This document shows, one piece after another, positions 10,292 through 19,288 of a DNA stretch of 64,000 nt. Each line of letters begins with the position of its first letter. Within the stretch, counting starts at the first letter, position 1. The notes beneath the pieces were generated by a model. The model saw only the letters and a list, made by a program, of their open reading frames with translations. It was not told where the DNA came from and made no database searches. Origin of the DNA: Planctomycetota bacterium (GTDB taxonomy: Bacteria > Planctomycetota > UBA1135 > GCA-002686595); assembly GCA_038330085.1 (NCBI GenBank), contig JBBQNP010000002.1, forward strand, positions 20,537 through 84,536. The letters run 5' to 3'. The position numbers and the translations under genes are program-made.

Positions 10292-10495
10292 GTTGTCGTT
10301 TCCTTGGATACGAGGGGAGTCTGGACGGTCATCGATGCGCGACCGCACGAAGTGCACCGGTCGATCGACTGCGCGCGCAACGTAGGCGCGGCGCATTGCC
10401 GTCGCGTGAACTTGCACGCAAGCGTCGGTGTAGATTTGCACGCGCGCTCTTTGCCCCATCCTTTCGCCGGGTTCATCCGCGGGTGCTACGTGCGC

Positions 10496-10570
10496 GCGTG
10501 AATGGGTGACGCTTGGTTGCGGGCGTGAATTTCGGGCGTGAAGTTCGTGAGCGATTCCAGCGGGTGAATT
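10496..10570 (+). repeat. Cluster of direct GCGTGAA / GGGTGAA repeats in a 685-nt intergenic region
   Basis: The copies are GCGTGAAT at 10496, GGGCGTGAAT at 10521, GGGCGTGAAG at 10534, and CGGGTGAATT at 10561. A further GCGTGAA lies at 10404. Confidence 0.4.
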
Positions 10571-10938
10571 GAGAGCGCGAACGTGGCGTGCGAACTTGGC
10601 GCGACACCCGTGAGGAAGTCCACGCGCGAGGTCATGGCGCAGAGTGAGTACGTGAGCTCGATGGCCAAGTCGCGGCGAGTGCGGACTCGGATCCCGAATC
10701 GAAGCGAGGTGCGATCGGGAGTGCGCTCGCCATTCTGGAACCAGAGGGTGGTGCAGCCTCGGTCGGAACTCCGTGAGGGTCGCGCCCGGCCGTGTCCGAC
10801 CCCGGCTATCGGTACGGCCGTCGACAGGGCCTGGCTCGGCCGCCCACCTTGGAATGCCACGTCGAAAGACCAGCCCCTCCCGGATCTCGCTGCGGGCCTA
10901 CCCCTCCATGCTGTTCAGAAAGCCCGCTCAAATTTCAG

Positions 10939-10954
10939 TTGACTGATCGGTCAA
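10939..10954. promoter_or_regulatory. Candidate TetR operator (imperfect palindrome TTGAC-N6-GTCAA)
   Basis: TTGACtgatcgGTCAA lies 24 nt upstream of the TetR ATG (10978). A TGACTGA repeat occurs again at 10968. Confidence 0.35.
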
Positions 10955-10977
10955 GTCGAGTACTCTCTGACTGAACC

Positions 10978-11586
10978 ATGGGCCGCACCTCCGACACGCG
11001 CGAAAAGCTCCTCGCCGCTTCGATCGAGCTCATCTCGGCCCAGAGCTACGGCTCGGTCAGCGTCGACGACATCTGCGAGAAGGCCGGCGTCAAGAAGGGC
11101 AGCTTCTACCACTTCTTCCCCTCGAAGGAGGACCTCGCGGTCGACGCCTACGAGGCGTACTGGCAGGCCGAAGTCCAGCCCTGGTACGAGCAGACCTTCC
11201 GCCCCGACGTGGCTCCCCGCGACCGCATCGCTGCTTGGTGCGACGACAACTACCGCGAGCAAAAAGCGACGTTCGAGGCCAAAGGACATGTACCTGGCTG
11301 TCCTTTCTGCTCCATCGCCGCCGAGATGGGCACCCAGAGCGAACGCCTCCGGCTGAAGAGCGAGGAGATCCTCGGGCGCAGCTTGTTCCACATCGAGCGT
11401 ACCTTGCGCGACGGTCAACGCGACGGGTCGATGCCCGGCGTGACCGACCCCGCAGCACAGGCGCGGGCGATCGTGACCTTCGGCTTCGGCGCGATGCTGC
11501 AGGCCAAAGTGCGCAACGATCCGGAGGTCCTGCGCGACCTCAAACAACAGGTCCTCTCCCTTCTCGGAGCGACCGTTCCGGTCTGA
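10978..11586 (+). CDS. TetR/AcrR family transcriptional regulator
   Basis: ORF 10978..11586(+). It has the N-terminal TetR HTH (REKLLAASIELISAQSYGSVSVDDICEKAGVKKGSFYHFFPSKEDL) and lies directly upstream of an RND efflux operon. Confidence 0.9.
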   Translation: MGRTSDTREKLLAASIELISAQSYGSVSVDDICEKAGVKKGSFYHFFPSKEDLAVDAYEAYWQAEVQPWYEQTFRPDVAPRDRIAAWCDDNYREQKATFEAKGHVPGCPFCSIAAEMGTQSERLRLKSEEILGRSLFHIERTLRDGQRDGSMPGVTDPAAQARAIVTFGFGAMLQAKVRNDPEVLRDLKQQVLSLLGATVPV

Positions 11587-11673
11587 CTGACCCTGCCACC
11601 TGAGGCCTGCGGTCTGCAAACACTTCGTTAGACGACCAGTCCACTATTCATCGAACCTTCGCACCATCTTGCC

Positions 11674-12855
11674 ATGAAGCTCATCCCCGTTTCGATCGCC
11701 GTTGTCCTCCTCGGTCTGGCCGCATTGCCCTTCGTCTTCGCCGCCTGCAGCGAAGCGACGGCTCAGCCCGATTCCGCGGCGTCCGCGCCGCCTGCCCCGA
11801 CCGTCACCGTCGCGCCCGTCATCGAGCGTGAGATCTCGGAGTACTCCGAGTTCACCGGCCGCATCGAGGCGATCGACGACGTCGAAGTGCGCGCGCGCGT
11901 GAGCGGCCACCTCGAGGCCGTGCACTTCGAGTCCGGACAGCTCGTCAAGAAGGGCGACGTGCTCTTCACGATCGATCCGCGCTGGCACAAGGCTGCGCTC
12001 GCCGCGACCGACGCAGCGGTCGCGCAGGCGCGTGTGCGCCTCGACAACGCGGCGCGCGAGTCGAAGCGTGCGACGGAACTGCGCGAGAGCCAGGCGATCT
12101 CGGGCGAGGAAGCCGATACGCGCCTGTCTCGGCTGGCCGAGGCGAAGGCCGGTGTGCTCGCGGCGGAAGCAGCGCGCGACACGAGTGCTCTCGACCTCGA
12201 GTTCACCACCGTGCGCGCGCCGGTCGACGGCCGCGTCGGTCGTGCGCTCGTGACGCCCGGCAACTTCGTCAGCGGCGTGCCGGCGGCGAACACGGTGCTC
12301 ACGACGATCGTGTCCGTGGATCCGGTGTTCGTGTACGCCGACGTCGACGAGGGCTCGCTGCTCGTTCTCGACCGTCTGATGCGCGAGCGCGCGCTGCCCC
12401 TCGACGAGCAAGGTCGCGTGCGCGTCGAGGTCGGTCTGTCCGACGAAGATGGCTATCCGCACGCCGGCGTGATCGAGTCGCTCGGCAACCGCCTCGACGA
12501 GGGCACGGGCACGATCCTCCTGCGCGCGATCGTGCCCAATGCGGACAGGACGCTCGTCCCGGGATTGTTCGCGCGCTTGCGCGTGCCGAGCACTTCGGTG
12601 CGCAAGACGCCGCTCGTTCCGGAGCAGGCGATCGGCACGGACCAGTCGCAGAAGTTCGTGCTCGTGCTCGGAGACGACCAGACGGTGCAGTACCGCGCCG
12701 TGAAGCTCGGTCCCGCGCTCGAAGGCCAGCGCATGGTGCGCGAGGGCCTCCACGCCGGCGAGGAGATCGTCGTGAACGGTCTGCAGCGCGTTCGTCCGGG
12801 CGTGAAGGTCACGGCCGAGCGCGAGCCGACCAAGACGGCCTCAGCGGAGCACTGA
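11674..12855 (+). CDS. RND efflux periplasmic adaptor (membrane fusion protein, AcrA/MexA-like lipoprotein)
   Basis: ORF 11674..12855(+). It has a lipobox (LPFVFAAC) and a biotinyl-lipoyl/HlyD_D23-type core (GRIEAIDDVEVRARVSGHLEAVHFESGQLVKKGDVLFTIDPR; TTVRAPVDGRVGRALVTPGNFV). Confidence 0.9.
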   Translation: MKLIPVSIAVVLLGLAALPFVFAACSEATAQPDSAASAPPAPTVTVAPVIEREISEYSEFTGRIEAIDDVEVRARVSGHLEAVHFESGQLVKKGDVLFTIDPRWHKAALAATDAAVAQARVRLDNAARESKRATELRESQAISGEEADTRLSRLAEAKAGVLAAEAARDTSALDLEFTTVRAPVDGRVGRALVTPGNFVSGVPAANTVLTTIVSVDPVFVYADVDEGSLLVLDRLMRERALPLDEQGRVRVEVGLSDEDGYPHAGVIESLGNRLDEGTGTILLRAIVPNADRTLVPGLFARLRVPSTSVRKTPLVPEQAIGTDQSQKFVLVLGDDQTVQYRAVKLGPALEGQRMVREGLHAGEEIVVNGLQRVRPGVKVTAEREPTKTASAEH

Positions 12856-12873
12856 GCGCACGTCACCCAGAGT

Positions 12874-12959
12874 CGGCGTCGCAGACCCAAGTAGCCGAGG
12901 GTCCGGCGTCACAGACCCACGTAGCCGAGGGTCCACCGTCGCGGACCGACGCGCCGACC
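12874..12959. repeat. 30-nt tandem repeat (2 near-identical copies plus a degenerate third) between the adaptor and pump genes
   Basis: CGGCGTCGCAGACCCAAGTAGCCGAGGGTC (12874-12903) is followed by CGGCGTCACAGACCCACGTAGCCGAGGGTC (12904-12933), then a partial copy CACCGTCGCGGACCGACGCGCCGACC. Confidence 0.8.
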
Positions 12960-13072
12960 TCACAACTCTCATCCAGCCTCGCGAGCCCACACCGCTCGCC
13001 GTGCGCTGCTGATTTCGCATCTCGAGTACTCACAGCAAATTCCACACACCTGATTCCACATCCAGTCCCGTC

Positions 13073-16000
13073 ATGAACTTCTCGCACTTCTTCATCAAGC
13101 GTCCCGTCTTCGCCGGCGTGTTGAGCTTCGTCATCCTGCTGATCGGGGTGCTCGCGATGCGCGGCCTGCCGATCAGCGAATACCCCGAGGTCGTTCCGCC
13201 GACGGTGATCGTGCGCGCGATCTACCCCGGCGCCAACCCGAAGACGATCTCGGAGACGGTCGCGGCGCCGCTCGAGCAGGTCATCAACGGCGTCGAGCAC
13301 TCGCTTTACATGACGTCGCAGGCGACGAGCGACGGCGTGATGACGCTGACGATCACGTTCGCGCTCGGCACGAACCCCGACGACGCGCAGGTGCAGGTGC
13401 AGAACCGCGTGTCGCAGGCTCTGCCCAAGCTGCCCGAAGAAGTGAGACGCCTCGGCGTGACGACCCTCAAGTCGTCGCCCGACCTGACGATGGTCGTGCA
13501 CTTGTTCTCACCCGACAACCGCTACGACGACGTGTACGTGCGCAACTACGCGTCGCTGCAGGTGAAGGACGTGCTCGCGCGCCTGCCCGGTGTCGGCGAC
13601 GTGCAGTTGTTCGGCAGCGGCGACTACGCGATGCGCGTGTGGCTGGACCCGGACAAGATCGCGGCGCGCGGGCTGACGGCGAGCGACGTCGTCGCGGCGA
13701 TCCGCGAGCAGAACGTGCAGGTCGCGGCCGGCGGGATCGGCCAGCCGCCGCTCGCGTCACCGGGTGAGATGCAACTGCAGATCAACACCAAGGGCCGGCT
13801 CATCGACGAAGAAGAGTTCGGCAACATCGTCGTCAAGCGCGGCACCAAGGGCGAAGAGGTGCTCTTGAAGAGCGTCGCGCGCGTCGAGCTCGGCGCCAGC
13901 GAGTACGCGCTGCGCTCCCTCCTCAACAACAAGAGGGCGGTCGCGATCCCGATCTTCCAGTCGCCCGGTAGCAACGCGATCGCCGTGTCGGACGCCGTGC
14001 GCGCGTCGATGGCGGAGCTCAAGCACAACTTTCCGCAGGGCCTCGACTACGCGATCGTCTACGACCCGACGGTGTTCGTGCGCGACTCGATCAAGGCCGT
14101 CGTCGAGACGCTGATCGAGGCGATTCTCCTGGTCGTCATCGTCGTCGTGCTCTTCCTACAGACGTGGCGCGCGAGCATCATCCCGCTCGCGGCGGTGCCC
14201 GTTTCGCTCGTCGGCACGTTCGCGGTGATGAGCGCGCTCGGGTTCGGCATCAACGCGCTGTCCTTGTTCGGCCTCGTGCTCGCGATCGGAATCGTCGTCG
14301 ACGACGCGATCGTGGTCGTCGAGAACGTCGAGCGCAACATCGCGCTGGGTCTGTCACCGATAGCGGCGACGCGACAGGCGATGAAGGAAGTGACCGGCCC
14401 AATCGTCGCGACCGCACTCGTGCTCGGTGCCGTGTTCATCCCGACCGCGTTCATCAGCGGACTGACCGGCCAGTTCTACAAGCAGTTCGCCATCACGATC
14501 GCGATCTCGACTGCGATCAGTGCGTTCAACTCGCTGACGTTGTCGCCGGCACTCAGCGCGCTCCTCTTGAAGCCGCACGGTGCCCAAGAAAAGGGAACGA
14601 AGGATTGGCTCTCGCGCGTCATGGACAAGGGCTTGGGCTGGCTCTTCCGCCCGTTCAACTGGGCCTTCGCGCGCCTCGGCCACCTGTACGGTCGCGGCGT
14701 CAGCGGCGTCATCCGCAAGGCGGCGTTCGCGCTCGTCGTGTACGTCGGCCTCGTGTTCCTCGCCGGTTGGAGCTTCAACCACGTCCCGACCGGTTTCGTG
14801 CCGACGCAGGACAAGCAGTACCTCGTCGCGTTCGCGCAATTGCCCGACGGTGCGTCGCTCGATCGCACCGAGGCCGTGATCCGGCGCATGTCGCAGATCG
14901 CGCTCGACCACGAGGGCGTGGAATCCGCCATCGCGTTCCCGGGCTTGAGCATCAACGGCTTCACCGCCAGCCCGAACTCGGGGATCGTGTTCGTCTCGCT
15001 CAAGCCGTTCGAAGAGCGCGAGAAGCCCGAGCTCTCGGGGTTCGCGCTCGCGGGCGATCTCAACGCCAAGTTCGCATCCATCCAGGATTCGATCGTCGCG
15101 ATCTTCCCGCCGCCGCCGGTGCAAGGGCTCGGAACGATCGGCGGGTTCAAGCTGTACGTCGAGGACCGCGGCGATCAGGGTTACGACGCGCTCTACAACG
15201 CGACGTGGCAGACGATCGGCAAGGCCGCGCAATCGCCGCAGCTCGCCGGGTTGTTCTCGACGTTCCAGGTCAACGTGCCGCAGCTCCAGGCCGACGTCGA
15301 TCGCCCGAAAGCGCAGGCACAGGGCATTCCGCTCGGCAACGTGTTCGACACGATGCAGATCTACCTGGGCTCGTTGTACGTGAACGACTTCAACCGCTTC
15401 GGCCGCACGTACCAGGTCGTCGCGCAAGCCGACGAGAAGTTCCGCGACGACGCGCGCGACATCACGAAGCTGCGCACGCGCAACGACAAGGGACAGATGG
15501 TGCCGCTGAGCTCGATCGTGCACGTGCGCGAAAGCCACGGACCCGATCGCGTGATGCGCTACAACGGTTACCCCGCCGCCGAGATCAACGGCGCGCCGGC
15601 GCCGGGCACCAGCTCGGGCGAGGCCGAGCAGAAGATGGCCGCAGTCGCGGCCGAGTCGCTGCCGAAGTCCATGAAGTTCGAGTGGACCGATCTGACGTAC
15701 CAGAAGATCCTCGCAGGCAACTCGGCGGTGTTCGTGTTCCCGCTCTGCATCTTGCTCGTCTTCCTCGTGCTCGCAGCGCAGTACGAGAGCTTCCGCATGC
15801 CGCTTGCGGTCATCCTGATCGTGCCGTTGTCGCTGCTCGCCGCCATGGCGGGCGTGATGATCAAGGGCGGCGACAACAACGTCTTCACGCAGATCGGCCT
15901 GATCGTCTTGATCGGTCTGGCGGCGAAGAACGCGATCCTCATCGTCGAGTTCGCCAAGGTGAAGCAGGACGAGGGCCTCGATCCGGCTCACGCCGCCGTC

Positions 16001-17785
16001 GAAGCCGCGAAGCTGCGCCTGCGTCCGATCCTCATGACGAGCATCGCGTTCATCGCGGGCGTTTCGCCGCTGGTGACGAGCCACGGCGCTGGATCCGAGA
16101 TGCGTCAGGCGATGGGCGTCGCCGTCTTCGCAGGCATGATCGGCGTGACGGTGTTCGGCTTGCTGCTGACGCCGGTGTTCTACACGGTGCTGATGCGCCT
16201 CGGACATGCACGCAAGCGCACTTCGCACGACACGAGCGCCGACCACGGGGTCCCGGAGCTCGCGACGAACGTCGCGCATGGCGGAATGGAACAGGACGTT
16301 CCGGCCCGGGCCGGCGTTGCTGGTCACGGTGCCCTCGCTCACGGCGTGCTCGTGATCTTCGCGGGCGCGTTGCTCTTCGCAAGCTGCACCGTCGTCGGTC
16401 CCGACTACGTGCGTCCCGACGTCGCGGTTCCCGCTGCGTTCCGCGACGTGCCGCAGACAGGTGGAGCGGGGCTCGCTTGGCAACTCGGAAACCCCGGTGA
16501 CGAGATGCCGCGCGGCGAATGGTGGCACCTGTTCCGCGACGACGCGCTCGATGCGCTCGAAGCGCGCGCGGATGCAGGCAACCAGGATCTGAAGGGTGCG
16601 CTCGCGCGCATCCGCGATGCGCGCGCGTTCGTGCGTGCGACGAACGCAGATCGTTTGCCGTCCGTGTCCCTCGATCCGACGTTCGACCGCACGCACTACT
16701 CCCCCAACGCCGGCCTGGCGTTCCCGGTCGACACGGTGAACAACTACCGCGTGCCTCTCAACGCGACGTGGGAGCTCGACCTGTGGGGCCGCGTGCAACG
16801 CGAGGTCGAGTCGGCGGAGCAGAGTGCCGAGGCGCAGATCGCTGCGTTCGAATCGCTGCGGCTGATGCTGCACGCCGACGTCGCTTCGAGCTTCTTCACT
16901 CTGCGCTCGCTCGATGCGGAGCGCAGCACCCTCGATCGCACGGTCGCCCTGCGTCAACGCGAGCTCGAGCTCTTGCGCGCGCGCCTGCGTGCCGGCGACA
17001 CGACGGACCTCGACGTCGCGCGCGCAGAGTCGCAGCTCGCGAGCGCACAAGCCCAGCTCGCCGGCGTGACGCGCGCACGGAGCGAAGTGCAATCGAGCCT
17101 GGCCGTGCTGATCGGGGAACCCGCGAGCTCGTTCGAGATCGCGCCGCTCTCCGCGAACAAGATCGAGGTGCCGACCGTCCCCTCCGGATTGCCCGGCGAC
17201 CTGCTCGAGCGTCGACCCGACGTCGCGCAGGCGGAGCGCGAGCTCGCCTCCCTCAACGCGCGCATCGGCGTGGCCGAAGCTGCGTTCTTCCCGACCGTGA
17301 GCTTGACCGGTTTCGCCGGCGTCGAGAGCCAGGACTTCGACGGCCTGTTCAACGCCTCGAGCAACATCTGGAGCATCGGTCCGAGCGTTTCGTTGCCGAT
17401 CTTCCGCGGCGGTCGCAACCAAGCCAACCTGAACCGTTCGAAAGCACAGTACGAATCAGGCGTGGCCAACTATCGCCAGAGCGTCCTCGTCGCCTTCAAG
17501 GAAGTGCAGGACGCGTTGACCGCCACGCGCCTGCTCGCCGACCAGAGCGCCGCGCTCGAACGCACGCGCGAAGCGTCGCATCGCGCGGCGGAGCTCGCGC
17601 AAAAGCGTTTCGATGCCGGGTACGTCGGCTACATCGACGTGATCGACAGCCAGCGCACCGAGCTCGTCGCCGAGCGCGAGGCCGCGCAGGTGACGGGCTT
17701 GCGCTTCGCGAACGCCGTGCAGTTGATCAAAGCGCTCGGCGGCGGCTGGAATCGCAGCGTCCCCGCTCCCGAATTGAACGAGTGA
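13073..17785 (+). CDS. RND efflux permease (AcrB/MexB-like, aa 1 to ~1040) continuing in frame into an outer-membrane-factor lipoprotein module (NodT/OprM-like, aa 1072-1570)
   Basis: This is a single 1570-aa ORF in the track. The N-terminal part is typical HAE1 RND (MNFSHFFIKRPVFAGVLSFVILLIGVLAMRGLPISEYPEV...) and ends ...LLLTPVFYTVLMRLGHARKR. After a ~30-aa linker comes MEQDVPARAGVAGHGALAHGVLVIFAGALLFASC TVVGPDYVRPD, which is a signal peptide, a lipobox and the canonical OMF start. Confidence 0.85.
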   Translation: MNFSHFFIKRPVFAGVLSFVILLIGVLAMRGLPISEYPEVVPPTVIVRAIYPGANPKTISETVAAPLEQVINGVEHSLYMTSQATSDGVMTLTITFALGTNPDDAQVQVQNRVSQALPKLPEEVRRLGVTTLKSSPDLTMVVHLFSPDNRYDDVYVRNYASLQVKDVLARLPGVGDVQLFGSGDYAMRVWLDPDKIAARGLTASDVVAAIREQNVQVAAGGIGQPPLASPGEMQLQINTKGRLIDEEEFGNIVVKRGTKGEEVLLKSVARVELGASEYALRSLLNNKRAVAIPIFQSPGSNAIAVSDAVRASMAELKHNFPQGLDYAIVYDPTVFVRDSIKAVVETLIEAILLVVIVVVLFLQTWRASIIPLAAVPVSLVGTFAVMSALGFGINALSLFGLVLAIGIVVDDAIVVVENVERNIALGLSPIAATRQAMKEVTGPIVATALVLGAVFIPTAFISGLTGQFYKQFAITIAISTAISAFNSLTLSPALSALLLKPHGAQEKGTKDWLSRVMDKGLGWLFRPFNWAFARLGHLYGRGVSGVIRKAAFALVVYVGLVFLAGWSFNHVPTGFVPTQDKQYLVAFAQLPDGASLDRTEAVIRRMSQIALDHEGVESAIAFPGLSINGFTASPNSGIVFVSLKPFEEREKPELSGFALAGDLNAKFASIQDSIVAIFPPPPVQGLGTIGGFKLYVEDRGDQGYDALYNATWQTIGKAAQSPQLAGLFSTFQVNVPQLQADVDRPKAQAQGIPLGNVFDTMQIYLGSLYVNDFNRFGRTYQVVAQADEKFRDDARDITKLRTRNDKGQMVPLSSIVHVRESHGPDRVMRYNGYPAAEINGAPAPGTSSGEAEQKMAAVAAESLPKSMKFEWTDLTYQKILAGNSAVFVFPLCILLVFLVLAAQYESFRMPLAVILIVPLSLLAAMAGVMIKGGDNNVFTQIGLIVLIGLAAKNAILIVEFAKVKQDEGLDPAHAAVEAAKLRLRPILMTSIAFIAGVSPLVTSHGAGSEMRQAMGVAVFAGMIGVTVFGLLLTPVFYTVLMRLGHARKRTSHDTSADHGVPELATNVAHGGMEQDVPARAGVAGHGALAHGVLVIFAGALLFASCTVVGPDYVRPDVAVPAAFRDVPQTGGAGLAWQLGNPGDEMPRGEWWHLFRDDALDALEARADAGNQDLKGALARIRDARAFVRATNADRLPSVSLDPTFDRTHYSPNAGLAFPVDTVNNYRVPLNATWELDLWGRVQREVESAEQSAEAQIAAFESLRLMLHADVASSFFTLRSLDAERSTLDRTVALRQRELELLRARLRAGDTTDLDVARAESQLASAQAQLAGVTRARSEVQSSLAVLIGEPASSFEIAPLSANKIEVPTVPSGLPGDLLERRPDVAQAERELASLNARIGVAEAAFFPTVSLTGFAGVESQDFDGLFNASSNIWSIGPSVSLPIFRGGRNQANLNRSKAQYESGVANYRQSVLVAFKEVQDALTATRLLADQSAALERTREASHRAAELAQKRFDAGYVGYIDVIDSQRTELVAEREAAQVTGLRFANAVQLIKALGGGWNRSVPAPELNE
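16286..17785 (+). other. OMF (NodT-family outer membrane lipoprotein) module with its own in-frame ATG, signal peptide and lipobox Cys (codon 16385-16387)
   Basis: ATG 16286 is in frame with 13073 (offset 3213 nt). The 499-aa module has OMF hallmarks (GPDYVRPD, WWxxFxD, LPSVSL, two long coiled-coil halves, a final LIKALGGGW). Whether it is translated separately is unknown. Confidence 0.6.
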
Positions 17786-18079
17786 GTCCGACGGTCGCGT
17801 CATGCACAACTCCACCGAGCCGGGCTTGAAGTTCGTGGTTCGGCTGCGCCTTCGAACGATGCTCTCACCCTTCTCGCAGCCGTCGCGTCCGTCGTTTGCC
17901 TGGACAATGCAGGCACGCCCACGCGCCCGCAGGGACCCCCCTTCCGCAGGCCCGGAAGGCACCTTTCGAGGGCGGGAGACTCCTATATATACGGCCCAAA
18001 TCGAGGGTCGGGCGTTAGCTTGCGGCCTGTCCCGCGCCTTCGGCTCCGACCGTTTCGCCACCCTGCCAGGAATACGCAC

Positions 18080-19189
18080 ATGAGCACGCCGACCCCGACG
18101 AAGACCATCGACAGCCTCGCCACGTACCACGCACTCGGCAAGAGCGGTCTGCGCGTCTCGCCCTTGTGCCTCGGCACGATGACGTTCGGCACGGAGTGGG
18201 GTTGGGGCAGCGCCGAGTCGACCGCGCGCGCGATCTTCGACCGTTACCTCGCTGCCGGCGGGAACTTCGTCGACACAGCGGACGGCTACACGAACGGCAC
18301 GTCCGAGAAGCTCATCGGCAAGTTCATGAAGTCGGCGGGGAACCGCGACTCGATCGTCCTCGCGACGAAGTTCACGTTCAGCACGCGGCCCGGTGATCCG
18401 AACGGGGGCGGCAACGGTCGCAAGCACATGATGAGCGCGGTCGACGCGTCGCTCGAGCGCCTCCAAACTGATTACATCGACCTGTACTGGATGCACAACT
18501 GGGATGTCGTCACGCCGGTCGAGGAAGTGATGCGCGGGCTCGACGACCTGGTGCGCTCGGGCAAGGTGCGCTACATCGGTCTCTCCGACGTGCCTGCTTG
18601 GTATCTCGCGCGCGCGCAGACGATCGCCGAGTGGCGCGGGTACGAGCGCATTGCCGCGCTGCAGCTCGAGTATTCGCTCGTCGAGCGCAACATCGAGCGC
18701 GAGCATGTACCCGCGGCGCTCGAGCTCGGCATGGGGATCACGCCCTGGAGTCCGCTCGCAAGCGGCTTGTTGTCCGGCAAGTACACCTCGATGAAGGACG
18801 TGAAGAACGTCGAAGGCCGACTCGGTGCGATCTCTTCCTCGGGCAACCCGGGGTTCGAGAAGCTCTTGACCGAGAAGAACTTCGAGATCGCCGCGGAGCT
18901 CGTGAAGGTCGCCCGAGAGATCGAGCGTTCGCCCGCGCAGGTCGCGCTCAACTGGATCACGAAGCGTCCCGGTGTCAGCTCGACGATCATCGGCGCGTCG
19001 AAGATGTCGCAGCTCGAAGACAACCTCTCTGCGCTCGAATTCGACATCCCGCCCGCGCTGTCGAAGCGCCTCGAGGAAGTCAGCCGTCCGCCGACGCACT
19101 TCCCCTACCACTTCCACGAGAGCGCGATCCAGGCGATGGTCACCGGCGGCACGCGCACGACGCGCGAGCCGTCCTGGTTCCGCGGCTGA
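18080..19189 (+). CDS. Aldo/keto reductase
   Basis: ORF 18020..19189(+), with the start taken at MSTPTPTKTID (ATG 18080). AKR motifs are present (LGKSGLRVSPLCLGTMTFG, FVDTADGYTNGTSEKLIG, DLYWMH, VRYIGLSD). Confidence 0.9.
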   Translation: MSTPTPTKTIDSLATYHALGKSGLRVSPLCLGTMTFGTEWGWGSAESTARAIFDRYLAAGGNFVDTADGYTNGTSEKLIGKFMKSAGNRDSIVLATKFTFSTRPGDPNGGGNGRKHMMSAVDASLERLQTDYIDLYWMHNWDVVTPVEEVMRGLDDLVRSGKVRYIGLSDVPAWYLARAQTIAEWRGYERIAALQLEYSLVERNIEREHVPAALELGMGITPWSPLASGLLSGKYTSMKDVKNVEGRLGAISSSGNPGFEKLLTEKNFEIAAELVKVAREIERSPAQVALNWITKRPGVSSTIIGASKMSQLEDNLSALEFDIPPALSKRLEEVSRPPTHFPYHFHESAIQAMVTGGTRTTREPSWFRG

Positions 19190-19194
19190 AGTTC

Positions 19195-19220
19195 GGCGCG
19201 GAGTGAATTCACTCCGCGCC
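19195..19220. terminator. Perfect 26-nt palindrome between the convergent AKR and ArsR genes (bidirectional terminator candidate)
   Basis: GGCGCGGAGTGAATTCACTCCGCGCC equals its own reverse complement. It starts 6 nt after the AKR stop. Confidence 0.5.
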
Positions 19221-19236
19221 GCGTTCACACTCCGCG

Positions 19237-19288
19237 CCCACTTTCGGCGCCCACTTTCGGCGCTTACTTTCGGCGCTTACTTTTCGAC
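19237..19288. repeat. 13-nt tandem repeat x4
   Basis: The four units are CCCACTTTCGGCG, CCCACTTTCGGCG, CTTACTTTCGGCG and CTTACTTTTCGAC. The last unit overlaps the ArsR stop codon (TAA at 19277-19279, minus strand). Confidence 0.8.

Noticed and set aside
14354-17422. A 1022-aa minus-strand ORF, and the 778-aa plus-strand ORF 14164..16500
   Set aside because: Both overlap the RND-OMF gene in other frames. They have Arg-rich, low-complexity composition and no recognisable motifs.
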